From: an uncultured delta proteobacterium | GTDB lineage: Bacteria; Myxococcota; Myxococcia; Myxococcales; Myxococcaceae | Reading direction: 5' to 3' | Assembly (NCBI GenBank): GCA_963771175.1 | Contig: CAVYSY010000051.1 | Coordinates: 32,001 to 96,000 of the forward strand | DNA: 64,000 nucleotides | Shown: one piece after another, positions 32,341-45,828 of the stretch | Numbering within the stretch: position 1 is the stretch's first letter | How the letters are laid out: the number at the start of each line of letters is the position of its first letter | Program-made: the position numbers and the translations under genes | Notes under the pieces: generated by a model | Database searches by the model: none | Seen by the model: the letters and a program-made list of their open reading frames with translations, nothing else | What the model was told of the DNA's origin: nothing

Positions 32341-34365
32341 TCAGCGGCGGTTTGGCGCCACCAGTCGGATGCTGAAGGTGTAGTCCACCGCCACCGGCTG
32401 GCCCTGCAGGGTGATGGGCCTGTAGGTGCGCGACCGCAGCGCCTGCACCACTGCCTCGTTCATGTGCGGCAGGCCCTTGATGACGCGGCAGTTCTCCACC
32501 GAGCCCGTCTTGGTGATGACGCACTTCACAATCATCGTCCCCTCCACCCGGGCCGCGAGCGCCTCGCGCGTGTAGACGATGTCCTTGCCCTTCAGCTCCA
32601 CCGGGCGCGGCATGCCCTCCTGGAAGGGCAAGGGGCCGTCTCCCGTGGGGGCCACGCTCTTGGACAGCGCCAGCACCGGCACGGCCAGGCCGCCAGAGGC
32701 GCCCGTCGCGGTCTTCGTCTCCTTTGCCGTGTCGACCTTGCTCGGAGCCGCCGCGGGCACGGGCGCGGGCGGCGGATCGGATTCGAGCATCACCGGCGCG
32801 GACATGGAGCCCAGGGCCGTCGTCGTGGAGGACGTGCCCGCCGTCCCCGAGGCGTGCTCCACCCGGCTGCCGGCGGAGCTACCCGTGTTGCGGCTGGCGC
32901 TCGCCGAGCCACCCCGGGCGCGCTGCAGCTTCTGGGCGAACACCACCTCGCCCGAGCCGCCGGTGATGACCGTCTCCGGCTGGTAGCCGTCGAGCACGAA
33001 GGTGAACTCGGCGGTGACGGTGTCCTGGTCCTTCTCCTTGGGAATCTCCAGCAGCAGCGGCGTCGTGCCGCGCTCCTCGCCGTGGTAGATGACGCGCGCG
33101 CCCGTGGGCTGGCTCATCAGCCGGAAGCGCACCACCTCCGCCGTCGGCTTCTCGGCGGACGCGGGAGCCTGGGCGGCCGGGGCCGTCGTCTCCTTCTGGG
33201 CGCCTGACGAGAAGACTCCGGAGGACAGCAGCAGGCCGCCCGCGAGGAGCGCGGCGATGCCTCCGCCCACCAGGCCCCCCAGCATGAGCGTGCGCCGACG
33301 CGTCTTCTGCATGTCGGGCGGCACCTCCACGCTGATGTCCACCGCGAGCGTGTCACCCCCGGCGGGCGCGTCACCCGTGATGCCGGCGAAGAGTGGGGTC
33401 TTATAGGGCCCCGTGGTGTTCTGCCCACCCGGATGCTTGAAGATGCCGCTGTTGCCGCCCGCGGACATGCTGGCTTCGCGCATCGCCTCCAGCAGCTCGT
33501 CCATCGTCTGGAAGCGCCGCGCCGGATCCTTCTCCATGCACCGGCGCACCAACGACTCGATCTCCGGCGGCACCGACACGTCCGGCCGCACCGAGCTGAA
33601 GGCGGGCGGCAGCTCCTTGTGGTGGGCGAAGATGAGCTCGATGTGATCCTTCGAGATGAACGGCGGCCGCCCCACCAGCATCTGGTAGAGCATCACGCCC
33701 AGCGAGTACACGTCGCTGCGCACGTCCGACTCGTTGCGCGCCTGCTCCGGCGCCATGTACATCGGCGAGCCCAGGAAGGTGCCGCCCTGGGTGATCTCCG
33801 GGCCAGGCCGCTCCCCGGCGGGCGCGATGGACTTCACCAGTCCGAAGTCCAGCACCTTGACGAGGTCCTGATCCGCCTCGTTGAGGAGCATGATGTTGGC
33901 CGGCTTGAGATCCCGGTGGACGATGCCCAGGTTGTGGGCCTCGCGCAGCGAGCGGCAGATCTGCTGGGCGATGTTGAGCGCGCGCGCCCACGGCAGCGGC
34001 CCCGACTCCACCAGGACCTGCCCGAGCGTCCGCCCCTCCAGGTACTCCATGGCGATGTAGTAGATGCCGTCGTCCGTCTGCCCGTAGTCGATCACCGTCA
34101 CCGTGTTGGGGTGGCGGAGCTTGGACGAGAACGAGGCCTCGCGCAGGAAGCGCTTCTGGAAGCCCGGATCCCTGCTGGTGGGGAAGTTGGGGTTGAGCAC
34201 CTTCAGCGCGACCACGCGATCCAACGGGGTCTGCTGGGCACGGTAGACTCGTCCCATCCCTCCGATGCCGATCGGCTCGAGGATGCTGAAGCGGCCATTG
34301 AGCGTCCGCCCGATGAGAGGATCCGCCCCCGTATCTCCCGGACCCTGCGAATCGCCGGTCACCAT
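32341..34365 (-). CDS. Membrane Ser/Thr protein kinase with C-terminal TonB-like domain
   Basis: GIGGMG, VALK, HRDLKPAN, DFG, APE; TM helix; YTREALAARVEGTMIVKCVI..G TonB_C pattern. Confidence 0.9.
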   Translation of the reverse strand: MVTGDSQGPGDTGADPLIGRTLNGRFSILEPIGIGGMGRVYRAQQTPLDRVVALKVLNPNFPTSRDPGFQKRFLREASFSSKLRHPNTVTVIDYGQTDDGIYYIAMEYLEGRTLGQVLVESGPLPWARALNIAQQICRSLREAHNLGIVHRDLKPANIMLLNEADQDLVKVLDFGLVKSIAPAGERPGPEITQGGTFLGSPMYMAPEQARNESDVRSDVYSLGVMLYQMLVGRPPFISKDHIELIFAHHKELPPAFSSVRPDVSVPPEIESLVRRCMEKDPARRFQTMDELLEAMREASMSAGGNSGIFKHPGGQNTTGPYKTPLFAGITGDAPAGGDTLAVDISVEVPPDMQKTRRRTLMLGGLVGGGIAALLAGGLLLSSGVFSSGAQKETTAPAAQAPASAEKPTAEVVRFRLMSQPTGARVIYHGEERGTTPLLLEIPKEKDQDTVTAEFTFVLDGYQPETVITGGSGEVVFAQKLQRARGGSASASRNTGSSAGSRVEHASGTAGTSSTTTALGSMSAPVMLESDPPPAPVPAAAPSKVDTAKETKTATGASGGLAVPVLALSKSVAPTGDGPLPFQEGMPRPVELKGKDIVYTREALAARVEGTMIVKCVITKTGSVENCRVIKGLPHMNEAVVQALRSRTYRPITLQGQPVAVDYTFSIRLVAPNRR

Positions 34366-34607
34366 GTATCCTTGCTCCCCCGGTCTGCACCTGGATGGGA
34401 ACCACCCGTCACAGCCCGGCATGAGACCATAACTCCCGGAAACACGCGACCTGGGAGATTATTGCCTGCCTGGCTGCCGTCCATCCGTTCAACTCGCGTC
34501 GAGAGGTGGGATGTGTCACCCGCATTGACGGTCCCCGCAATATCGGACTACCGTCCAATTCTCCCGCGCATGGGTTCAGGCGGGCTCCCGATGGTCGGTT
34601 CCCTTCG

Positions 34608-35153
34608 ATGACGGCTGAAGCCCAGGCGAGACGCGCGTCGGCGGAGAAGCGGCTGGCGTCGCTGGAAGAGGAGATCGTCCGGCTGCGGCGAGAGTTGGCC
34701 ACGCTCGGCGTGGAGCAGCGACTGCCCGGCCTCTACCTCACGGTGGAGGTGGCCGGAACGACGGCGCTGTTGCCCGTGGAGGCGGTGCTGGAAGTGGTTC
34801 GGCTGGTGGCCATCGAGCCGCTGCCGGCGGCGCTCCCCCATGTGGTGGGCACCATGCTCTACCGGGGCACGCCCGCGGTGGTGGTGGATGTGGCCACGAT
34901 GCTCGGCGTGCGCCGGGAGCCGGATCTGGACGCCCATCTCGTCATCTGTGGGGGCGCGAGCACGGTGGCGCTGCTGGTGGATCGGGTCCGGGACCTCGTC
35001 GAGTCCCCGCTGCTGGTGGAAGGCTCCGTGTCGGACACCGCCCCCCCCGCGTGGGATGCCACCGGGTTGATGGCGGGCCTGTGCCGCACCCCCGAGGGTC
35101 TGAGGCCGCTGCTGCGGGCCTCGGCCTTCCTGGCGGTCCCGGAGGGGTCGTGA
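34608..35153 (+). CDS. cheW: CheW adaptor
   Basis: LPVEAVLEVV..PLP..VVGTMLYRG..VDV..ALLVDRV. Confidence 0.85.
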   Translation: MTAEAQARRASAEKRLASLEEEIVRLRRELATLGVEQRLPGLYLTVEVAGTTALLPVEAVLEVVRLVAIEPLPAALPHVVGTMLYRGTPAVVVDVATMLGVRREPDLDAHLVICGGASTVALLVDRVRDLVESPLLVEGSVSDTAPPAWDATGLMAGLCRTPEGLRPLLRASAFLAVPEGS

Positions 35154-36550
35154 AGGAGCCGGTGCGCACGGAGCGCCTCGACGAGTCGACGCTGGGCGGG
35201 CTGGAGACGGTCCTGCGCGCCGCGTGCGGCATGGTGCTGGCCCCCAGTGTGCGCCCCTCGCTGGGCACCGCCCTGACGCGCGCGGCCGAGTCCCAGGGAC
35301 TGCCTACCCTCGAGTTCCTCCAGCGGCTGCTGGCGCGCGACACCGCGGCGGTGGAGTCCTTCATCGGCTACGCCGTCATCGGAGAGACGTACTTCTTCCG
35401 CCACCCGGAGCAGTTGCGCGTGCTGGGGAGCCTGGCCACGGCCAGCTCCGGGCCCTTCCATGTGTGGAGCGCCGGCTGCGCGAGCGGGGAGGAGCCCTTC
35501 AGCATCACCATGGCCTTGCTGGCGGCCGGCGTCGCCCCCGAGCGCATCCGCGTGCTGGGCACGGACGTCTCCCATCGCGCCCTCGCGCGCGCCCAGCAGG
35601 CCACGTACTCCCCCTGGTCCGTGCGGCGCATGGAGCCCGAGCTGGAGCGGCGCTTCCTCTCCATCCGGCCCGACTCCGTCACCGTGCCCCCCGAGGTGCG
35701 CGCGCGGGTGGAGTTCCGGCGGCACAACCTCGTCACCGACCCGCCGCCCGTGTCCGGCGCCCAGGCCGTCTTCTGCCGCAACGTCCTCATCTACTTCCCC
35801 CCGGAGGTCCTCCCGGGGGTGATGGAGCGGCTCGTCCAGGCGCTCGCGCCCGGGGGCTGGCTCTTCCTCTCTCCCGCGGAGCTGCCCTTCTCCCACGGGC
35901 TGGAGCTGGAGTCGCTGGAGGTGGACGGACTCACCGTGCTGCGCAAGCTCCCGCAGGGCGAGCGGCCACCGGCGCGGGCCACGCGAGCCGGGCCCAGCCG
36001 GGTCTCGGCCCGGGCGCCGAGCCCGCTGCGGCGGGTGCTGACTCCCGCCCAGGATGCCCCGGTGGCCATTCCCCCGGAGCTGCCGGCCGCCCAGAGCGCA
36101 CTCACGCCCGCGCCGATCCCACCTTCCCAGTCATCCGCCGGGCCCTCGGTCCCGGAAACGCTGGAGCAGGCCCGGGCCGCCGCGCGCGCCGGGCGGTATG
36201 ACCTGGCCGAGGAACTCGCCCAGCTGGCCGCTCGCGAGCTGTCCCCCGAGGCCTACCTGCTGCTGGCCATGGTGGCCGAAGGGCGGGGGGACGTGCAGGG
36301 GGCCGTGGCCGCGGTTCGCAAGGCCCTCTATCTGGAGCCCCACCTGGCCGTCGGTCATGCCATGCTCGTGGCGCTCTACGGCCATTTGGGCCAGCCCGAG
36401 GAGGCGGAGCGGGCGCGGCGCAACGCGCTGCGGGCATTGGACGGTTTGGATGACGAGCACGTGCTGCGGGGGATGGAAGAGGTGACGGTGGGAGGCCTGC
36501 GGCGGGCGCTCGTTCCGGGAGTGAAGATGGGAAAGTCGGGTGCGCGATGA
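35150..36550 (+). CDS. cheR: CheR methyltransferase with C-terminal TPR
   Basis: [44 protein letters not shown]. Confidence 0.92.
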   Translation: MKEPVRTERLDESTLGGLETVLRAACGMVLAPSVRPSLGTALTRAAESQGLPTLEFLQRLLARDTAAVESFIGYAVIGETYFFRHPEQLRVLGSLATASSGPFHVWSAGCASGEEPFSITMALLAAGVAPERIRVLGTDVSHRALARAQQATYSPWSVRRMEPELERRFLSIRPDSVTVPPEVRARVEFRRHNLVTDPPPVSGAQAVFCRNVLIYFPPEVLPGVMERLVQALAPGGWLFLSPAELPFSHGLELESLEVDGLTVLRKLPQGERPPARATRAGPSRVSARAPSPLRRVLTPAQDAPVAIPPELPAAQSALTPAPIPPSQSSAGPSVPETLEQARAAARAGRYDLAEELAQLAARELSPEAYLLLAMVAEGRGDVQGAVAAVRKALYLEPHLAVGHAMLVALYGHLGQPEEAERARRNALRALDGLDDEHVLRGMEEVTVGGLRRALVPGVKMGKSGAR

Positions 36551-36593
36551 TCGGCGCCTGTTGGAGCTGGGAGGACCCGTGGAAGGCACTGGC

Positions 36594-38198
<1,605 letters not shown>

Positions 38199-38232
38199 CA
38201 GGACAGGGCGTCTCCGTGGAGGAATCCCAAGA

Positions 38233-38610
38233 ATGAAGGTGTTGATAGTCGAAGACACGAAGACCATCACCAACCTCATCCAGGTGTACCTGATGGGGTG
38301 GGGCCTGGAGTTCTTCGAGGCGAGCAATGGCGTGCAGGGGCTCGCGCGTGCCCGGGAGATCAAGCCGGATCTGGTCATCTCCGACGTGCAGATGCCGGAG
38401 ATGGACGGGTTCGCGCTGTGCGCGGCGGTGCGGGCGGATCCCATCCTCTTCGCCACGCCCGTCGTGATGCTGACCTCGCTCAAGGACGACTCGAGCCGGC
38501 AGCGCGGACGGCTGGTGGGGGCGAGCGCCTTTCTCAACAAGCCCGTGGCGGTGGATGATCTGCGCGAGAAGGTGCGCAGCATCCTGAAGCTCCCCGCCAG
38601 CAAGTACTAG
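38233..38610 (+). CDS. cheY: CheY-like single-domain response regulator
   Basis: VLIVED, SDVQMPEMDG, MLTS, NKP. Confidence 0.9.
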   Translation: MKVLIVEDTKTITNLIQVYLMGWGLEFFEASNGVQGLARAREIKPDLVISDVQMPEMDGFALCAAVRADPILFATPVVMLTSLKDDSSRQRGRLVGASAFLNKPVAVDDLREKVRSILKLPASKY

Positions 38611-38617
38611 AGGGTCC

Positions 38618-39211
38618 ATGGCCGGCGACGAGTCGAGCGGGAAGATCGACTACGCGGCACTGCGCCGCAAACTGGACGAGGCGCAGGCGGTGCTCGAGGG
38701 CGCGCAGGTGCTCAGCCCGGAGCGTCGCCGCGAGGTGCTCGCCGATCGGGCGCGCGCCCTGGCCGGCTCGCGTCACGAGGAGCGCCGCGAGACGATGTCG
38801 GTGCTGTCCTTCCGCGTGGGGGGCGAGCGCTACGCGGTGCCCATCGAGGCGGTGGACCACGTGCTGGAGTCCAGGGGGTTGTGCCCGTTGCCGGGCGCGC
38901 CGCGCCATGTGCTGGGCGCGCTGGTGTCCCGCTCGAGGGTGGTGCCGGTGTTGGATCTGCGACAGGTGCTGGGCCTGGAAGGGGGCGGTATGTCGGACCT
39001 GGCGCGCGTCGTCGTGGTGGAGGTGTCCGAGGAGTTCTTCGGCCTGGCGGCGGAGGAGGTGGACGGACGGCAGGAGCTGCCCAGCGCGGACCTGTCGCAC
39101 CCACCGCCGGGGCCCTTCACGTTCCTCACGAGGGATCGCAACACCAAGGAGCTGCTGATGGTGCTCGATCTCGAGCAGCTCGGAGACCCCACCGTGGTGG
39201 GGCGGAGCTAG
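38618..39211 (+). CDS. cheW: CheW adaptor (second)
   Basis: FRVGGERYAVP..PLPGAP..VPVLDL. Confidence 0.88.
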   Translation: MAGDESSGKIDYAALRRKLDEAQAVLEGAQVLSPERRREVLADRARALAGSRHEERRETMSVLSFRVGGERYAVPIEAVDHVLESRGLCPLPGAPRHVLGALVSRSRVVPVLDLRQVLGLEGGGMSDLARVVVVEVSEEFFGLAAEEVDGRQELPSADLSHPPPGPFTFLTRDRNTKELLMVLDLEQLGDPTVVGRS

Positions 39212-39223
39212 GACGGAGGGCGC

Positions 39224-41753
39224 ATGGATCCGCGGGTGCTGCGTAGCCTCTGGCCCATCTTCGCTGCGGAGACGCGCGAGCAGCTTCAGACCATCGGCAC
39301 GGCCGTGCTGGGGTTGGAGCAGGGCTCGCCCGAGCAGGCATCGGAGCAGCTCACCGCCCTCAAGCGGGAGGTGCACAGTCTGAAGGGGTCCGCGGCCAGC
39401 CTGGGGCTGTCGGACATCGAGCAGCTCGTGCACGCCATCGAGGACGGGCTGGCGCACTGCGCCCCCGGGCAGATGCCGCCGAAGGGGCTGGTGGAGTCCA
39501 CCCTGCGCGGCCTGTCGGCCATCGAGTCCGCGCTCAACCATGGGGACGCGGGCGAGCTGCCGACCATCGAGGGGCTGGGAGCACTGCTGTCCTCGCTCGG
39601 GCGAGGCGGAGTCGTGCAGGCCGCCGCGGTGCAGCCCAAGGCCCCGGCCCACTTCCGGCGCGAGGGCCTCCAGACGCTGGAGAAGCTGGAGACGTCCCTG
39701 CGCCGGTTGTGCTCGCCGGGCCTGGAGGATCGGCCGGGCGCGGTGTGGGAGGCGGTGGGGCTGGCCGAGCTGCTGAAGGCCGCGGCGCAGACGGCCGGCA
39801 TCTCCGCCGTGGAGACGCTGGCGAGCTCGGTGCGTACGGGCTTCGCGCGCATGGAGGAGGAGGGGGTCGGCGCCAGCGTGGCGGCCTCGGAGGTGACGGG
39901 CTCGCTGGTGGATCTGCGTGGCGCGCTGGAGTCGCTCACCGAGGAGTCTCCCGTCGAGCTCGTCACGGCCCCGGCGGAGCCGGTTGCGACGACCCGCTCG
40001 GCGGCCGGCCGGCGCCAGCAGCAGGACATGGACCGGGCGGTGCGCGTGTCGGTGCGGACGCTCGACTCGCTGGCGCTCCAGGTGGAGCAGCTCGCGGCGG
40101 GCCGGGCGCAGCAGCTCCGCCGCGCGGAGGCGCACCGCGAGCTGTTGGAGCAGACGCACCAGGCCCTGTTGCAACTGGAGCGCACGGCCCAGCAGCTCGC
40201 GCTGTCCTCGGGCGGCGGCGGGGCGCTCGAGTCGCTGCGCTCGGGCGTGGGCATGGTGCGCGGCGTGCAGAAGCGGCTCGTGCAGCTCTCCAAGGACGTC
40301 CACCGCGAGGGCGAGCAGCTCGCGATGGTGGCCCAGGTGGTGCGCGATGATCTGAGAGACCTGCGCATGGTGCCGGCCTCGCAGATCCTGGAGCCGCTCA
40401 AGCGCACGGTGCGCGAGTTGTGCGCGCGGTTGGGCAAGGACGTGGACCTGGTGCTCGCCGGTGGTGACGTGCGCATCGACCGGCGCATCGTGGACGTGCT
40501 GAAGGATCCGCTGCAGCACCTGGTGCGTAACTCGCTGGATCACGGGATAGAAGCGGCGAGCGAGCGCCTGGCGGCGGGCAAGGACGCGCGCGGGCAGCTC
40601 GAGGTGCGCGTGGAGCCGCGAGGCACCCGCCTGGCGGTGGTGGTGGCGGACGACGGCGCGGGCCTGTCCCCGGAGAACGTGCGGGCCGCGGCCGTGCGTC
40701 GCGGGCTGCTCACCGATGCAGATGCCGCCAAGCTCACCGACATGCAGGCCGCCCGGCTCGTCTTCGAGCCCGGCTTCTCCACCCGCGACCAGGTGACGGA
40801 GACGTCCGGCCGTGGAGTGGGCCTGGACGTGGTGCAGAGCACGGCCACGCGGCTGCAGGGCGCGGTGGACATCTCCTTCGAGAAGGGCAAGGGGACGCGC
40901 TTCACCATCGACCTGCCGTTGATCCTCGCGGGCGCGCTGGGGCTGCTGGTGCGCTCCGGTACCGCCGTGGTGGCCATTCCCTCGGATGCAGTGGAGCGGG
41001 TGCTGCGGCTGGCTCCGGCGGACGTGGGCACGGTGGCCGGGCACGTGGTGGCGTGCGTGGATGACGAGCAGTTGCCCTTCCACGCGCTCTCCGAGGCGAT
41101 CGGCATGCCCCGGCTACCGCTGGCGCTCGAGTCGGGCAAGCCGCAGACGGCGATGGTGCTGTCGCTCGGCGGCGTGCGCGCGGTGTTCGCCATCGACGCG
41201 GTGGTGGGCCAGCAGGAGATCGTCGTCCGCTCGCTGGGGCGGCACCTGCAGGCGTGTCCCACCTGGCCGGGGCCGCGGTGCTGGACGACGGCAGCGTGGT
41301 GCCGGTGCTCAACGCGCCCGAGCTGCTGCGCGCCGCCGCCGCTCCGGTGGTGCTCCGCGCGGTCGCCGAGGTGCGCTCGCCAGCACATCCTCGTGTGCGA
41401 CGACGCGCTCACCACGCGCTTCGCCATCAAGTCGCTGCTGGAGATCGCCGGCTACTCGGTGGTGACGGCCGGGGACGGCGAGGAGGCGCTGAGCATCCTG
41501 GAGCGCACGCCGTGTCAGCTCGTGGTGAGCGACTGGCAGATGCCTCGGCTGGACGGCATCGGACTCACCCGGCGCATTCGCGCCGCACCCCAAGCTGTCC
41601 CGCACTCCCGTCATCCTCTGCACTTCGCTGGACAGTCCGCAGGAGCGGGCCGCCGGTCTGGAAGCGGGGGCGGACGGCTACCTCGTCAAGCGCGAGGTGG
41701 AGCGCGGCAAGCTGTTGGATCTCGTGCGTCAGCTCCTCCCCTCCAGCTCCTGA
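39224..41753 (+). CDS. cheA: Hybrid CheA kinase with C-terminal receiver (frameshifts in 3' part)
   Basis: Hpt REVHSLKG, HLVRNSLDHG, DDGAG, GFST, SGRGVGLDVV, CheW domain, then ILVCDD/SDWQMPRLDG receiver. Confidence 0.92.
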
Positions 41754-41834
41754 GCGGGCGAGGGGCCATGGCCCAGGTGTCCCTTCTCCCTTCGCCTCGT
41801 GGTGTGCAGGTTGGGGAGAACCGGGAGGCAGTGA

Positions 41835-42467
41835 GTGGATGCGCAGGTCACGCTGTGGATCGCGGGGTTCTCGTATCCGGCGGTGTTCCTGCTCCTCGTT
41901 CTGTGTGGAGTGGGTGCCCCGCTGAGCGAGGAGTTGGTCGTCATCACAGGAGGCATGGTGGTCGCCAAGAGCGGCGGCAGCCTGTCGTTCATGGCGCTCA
42001 CCGCCTATCTGGGCATCCTCGCCGGGGACAGCGCGCTGTTCCGACTCGGACGCGCGCTGGGTCCCAAGGTGTTCTCCCACCCGAAGCTGTCGAAGATGCT
42101 GACGCCGGAGCGAATGGCGCTCCTCCAGAAGCTGTTCGCCCGGCGTGGGACACTGGCGGTGTTCCTCGCGCGCTTCATGCCGGGCCTGCGTGCTCCCGCG
42201 TTCCTGCTGGCGGGCGCCACGGGCGTGCCGTACCGGCGCTTCCTCCTGGCCGACGGGGCCGCCGCCTGGGTCGCCGCCCTGGGGATGACGTGGCTGGGCT
42301 ACCGGTTCGGCCCCACGGTCCTCGCGGACGTGCGAGGCGGCCTGCGGTGGCTGGTCCTCACGGCGGTGGTGGTGGGCCTGGGGGTGCTCGTCATCCGCTG
42401 GGCGCGGCGGCGGGCGGCGCTGCGCGCGGCGGCGAGGGTGGTGCAGGCTCCCGAGGTTGAACCCTGA
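41835..42467 (+). CDS. DedA family membrane protein
   Basis: GAPLSEE, GDSALFRLGR, ARFMPGLR. Confidence 0.9.
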   Translation: MDAQVTLWIAGFSYPAVFLLLVLCGVGAPLSEELVVITGGMVVAKSGGSLSFMALTAYLGILAGDSALFRLGRALGPKVFSHPKLSKMLTPERMALLQKLFARRGTLAVFLARFMPGLRAPAFLLAGATGVPYRRFLLADGAAAWVAALGMTWLGYRFGPTVLADVRGGLRWLVLTAVVVGLGVLVIRWARRRAALRAAARVVQAPEVEP

Positions 42468-42482
42468 GCCTCCCGAGCGCGC

Positions 42483-43445
42483 TCAACCCGGGAGGCTCGG
42501 CAGCGACACGGTCAGCTCGACTTCCGGCGCTCCGCGCACCGTCAGTCCGGCCTCCAGCCTCCGAGTGAGTCTCTCCAGGGATTCGAGCGTGCGCTCCGGC
42601 AACGTGCGCTCCGCGCGGGCCTGGATGCTCAACCGCCACCGCGCCCCGTCCTGTGCCTCCAGCCGCAGCACCACCTCCGAGGCTCCGGCTCCCACCAGCA
42701 GTCGCTCCAGCGTCCGCACCAGCAAGGCCATCGCCTCCCGGGGCGCTCGGACACGCACCGGCTCCGCGAGCAGCTCCAGCCTCGCGGACGCGCGCCGTCC
42801 AGGTCCGAAGGTGGCGCTCAACAAGGGGCGCAGGTCCTCCAGCGGCGCGTGCTCGATCGGCGACCGCTGGAGACGCGCGTTCAGCTCTCCCGCCGCCCGG
42901 CTCATTCGCTCGAGGTAGCGCTGCATGGAGGGGGTGAGCACTCCCGCCATGCCCTTGGACATCATGTCGATGTAGCCCTGCAGCACGAGCAGCGGCGTGC
43001 GCAAATCATGTGCCGTTCGCGAGAGCACCCGCTCACGGTGCGCCTGCAGCTCCACCAGCCGCATCCGCTCCTGGCGCAGCCGGGCCTGCTCGGCTCGGGA
43101 GGTGTCCTCGCGGGACTGGCTCGCCAGCAGGGCACTGCCCAGCACCGCCAGGCGCGCGAGGAGCTGACGATCCGCCGCGTCCACGCACGACTCGCCCAAC
43201 ACCAGCACCGTGCGCCCGTCCTTCATCATCTGTTGCGGGTGGGCTCGGGCCGGGGCCGGCGGCGCGAGGCCCGCGAGTGCGACGCGGCGGGAGCCCGCGT
43301 ACAGCGCGGCCCCACTCGTCTCCGTGAGACGTACTGTCGTCTCCACGAGCGCGTCGAGGCCTGCCCTCGCCCCGAGGTGCAGCGCCCGCTCGGCAACCGC
43401 CGAGAGAGTTCGCTCCACTTCGAAGGCGCTGGCACTCCTTCCCAC
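42483..43445 (-). CDS. HisKA-domain protein with degenerate ATPase domain
   Basis: H-box AHDLRTPLLVLQGY; no recognisable N/G1/F/G2 boxes; start uncertain. Confidence 0.7.
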   Translation of the reverse strand: MGRSASAFEVERTLSAVAERALHLGARAGLDALVETTVRLTETSGAALYAGSRRVALAGLAPPAPARAHPQQMMKDGRTVLVLGESCVDAADRQLLARLAVLGSALLASQSREDTSRAEQARLRQERMRLVELQAHRERVLSRTAHDLRTPLLVLQGYIDMMSKGMAGVLTPSMQRYLERMSRAAGELNARLQRSPIEHAPLEDLRPLLSATFGPGRRASARLELLAEPVRVRAPREAMALLVRTLERLLVGAGASEVVLRLEAQDGARWRLSIQARAERTLPERTLESLERLTRRLEAGLTVRGAPEVELTVSLPSLPG

Positions 43446-43690
43446 GCGACGCCCGCTCCAAGCACCGGCCTGCACACGGGAGGAATGGCCATGGTGGGCG
43501 GACGGCGCAACGCGGTTCTCCCTGGGAAACAAAGGGGTGCCGGAAGGAAAACCCTTTCCCATTCATTCACCCGGCCACCAGACTTTTTTACTGGACTGCG
43601 GGGATTCCCCGTCCTCCGGGCCCGCTTTCCACTCGGAGGCCGCTGGCCAGCCACTTGCTATCTGAGCCGTCTGGGATGGGACGGAGCGGA

Positions 43691-45768
43691 ATGGGGACTC
43701 TGGGATACTACTCGACGATCGCACGGCTCGCGCCGGGGGGGCTCGCCCGAGGGATGGCGCGGCGGGTCCAGGGAGTCGCTCGGCAAGCGCGCTATCGCCA
43801 GCGCGAGCGGCTCGACGAACCGAGGCTGCTGGCGGCCTTCGGCATCTCCCGCGCGGAGGAGCTGGCCGAGCGGGTGCTGTCGGCGCGCCCCGGCGGGGCC
43901 TGGTGTGAGGTGGACCAGCGGGCCTTCGTGGTGGAAGCGCTCGCGGCCCTCCCTGGCGCCGAGGAGCGGGCCCTGGCACGCGCCCGCGCCGCCTTGCGAG
44001 GAGAGTTCGACGTCTTCGGGACGACCGTGTGCTTCGGCGAGGGTCAGCCGGTGGACTGGTCGAGGGATCCGGTGAGCGGCTACCGCTATCCGGTCGTCCC
44101 GGTGGAGCAGCTCCGGCTGGAGCAGCCGGGCGTGGACCCCAAGTACCCGTGGGTGCTGGGGCGGCTGGACTGTCTGGTGGCGCTCGGTCAGGGGTACTGG
44201 GTGGAGCGCGACGCGGCGGCGCGACGCACCTTCGCGCGGGCCTTCGTGACGCGGACCCTGGACTTCCTCCAGGCCAACCCGGTGGGGCAGGGCGTGCACT
44301 GGACGTGTGCCATGGAGGTGGCGCTGCGCGCGGCCAACCTGGCGCAGGCGCTGGTGATGTTCTCGGACGCGCCGGAGGCCCGGCGGCCGGAGTTCCTCGT
44401 GCCGGTGCTGGAGTCGCTGGTCGAGCACACCGCGTGGGTGGACGCGCACCTGGAGGACAAAGGAGCGGTGCCCAACAACCACCTCGTCTCCAACTACGTG
44501 GGCCTGCTGGTGGCGGGCCTGCTCTTCCCGGAGCTGCCGGACGCGCCGAGGCAGGTGGCGCGCGCGGTGGCGGGGCTTCGGGCTCAGATGGCGGCGCAGG
44601 TGCACCCGGAGGGCACGTCCTTCGAGGGCTCGGTGCCCTACCACCGGCTCGCGGTGGAGCTCTTCACCCTGGCGTGGGTGGTGGCGCGCGGGACGGGGAC
44701 GGACCTCGGCGAGATGTACGAGACGCGGCTGCGCCGCATGTACGCCGCCGCGCGTGCCTGGTGCTCGGAGGAGGGGCTGGCACCGCAGATCGGGGACAAC
44801 GACTCGGGCCGCGTCTTCCCCTTCCGGGACCGCGGAGCCGTGCGATCACGGCTACCTCGCCCCACTGGGGGCGGCCCTCTTCGGCGACCCGAACCTCGCG
44901 GGAGGGAACCTTCCCGGACGAGGCGGCCTGGCTGCTGGGCCAGCCGGGGCTCGATCGCTTCAAGGCCCTGCGGCTCGCTCGACCCGCGGAGTCGGAGAGC
45001 TTCCCGGAGGGAGGCTTCCACGTGCTGCGCGGGGCGGGGGCGGTGGTGACGGTGAGCGCCGGAGCGCAGGGGCAGCGCGGGGTAGGCGGGCACAGCCACA
45101 ACGACAAGCTCTCCTTCGAGCTGCACCTGCATGGGCGCCCCGTCATCGTGGACCCGGGCACGGGCACGTACACGCGGGAGCCCGCGGTGCGCAACGCGTT
45201 CCGCGCCACGGCCGCGCACAACACGCTGGAGGTGGACGGCGTGGAGCAGGCGCCGCTCGAGCCGGGCCGGCTCTTCGCGCTGCCCGAGGCGGCGCGGGCG
45301 CGGGTGGAGGTGTTCCAGTCGGGCGCCGAGCTGGAGCGGCTCACCGTGCGGCACGACGGCTACCGCGCGCTGCCCTCGCCCATGTTCGTGGAGCGCACCT
45401 TCTTGCTGGACAAGCGCGAGCGTGCGCTCGGGGTGACGGACGCATTGGTGGGAGTGGGGCTTCACGAAGTGGTGGGGCGACTCCACCTTCCGGACCGCGA
45501 GGCCCGGCCGCGAGCGCCCACGCCCGCGCAACTGGCGCGGGCACTGCGTGTGCCAGAAGCCCCGCGGAACTTCGAATCGCTCGGTGTGGAGTTGGGGCCG
45601 GCGGAGGCCCCGGTGGCGCTGGTGCTCTTCGCGGTGGGCCTGGAGCCGCGGTTGGAGCCGTCCCGGTACTCGCCGGGTTACGGCCTCGTGGTGCCGTCGC
45701 AGGTGGTGGTGTTCCGGGTGCGCGTGTCGCCCCCGGCGTGGCTGAGGTGGGTGGTCGTCTTCAATTGA
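43691..45768 (+). CDS. Heparinase II/III-like protein (frameshifted read)
   Basis: NNHLVSN, FEGSVPYH, IGDNDSG, GGHSHNDKLSFEL, VDPGTGTYT, TAAHNT. Confidence 0.85.
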
Positions 45769-45828
45769 AGACCAGGGACGAGGGGGTGACCGGGGGGACC
45801 GGCACACCTTCAGGGAGAGGTGAGTCAG

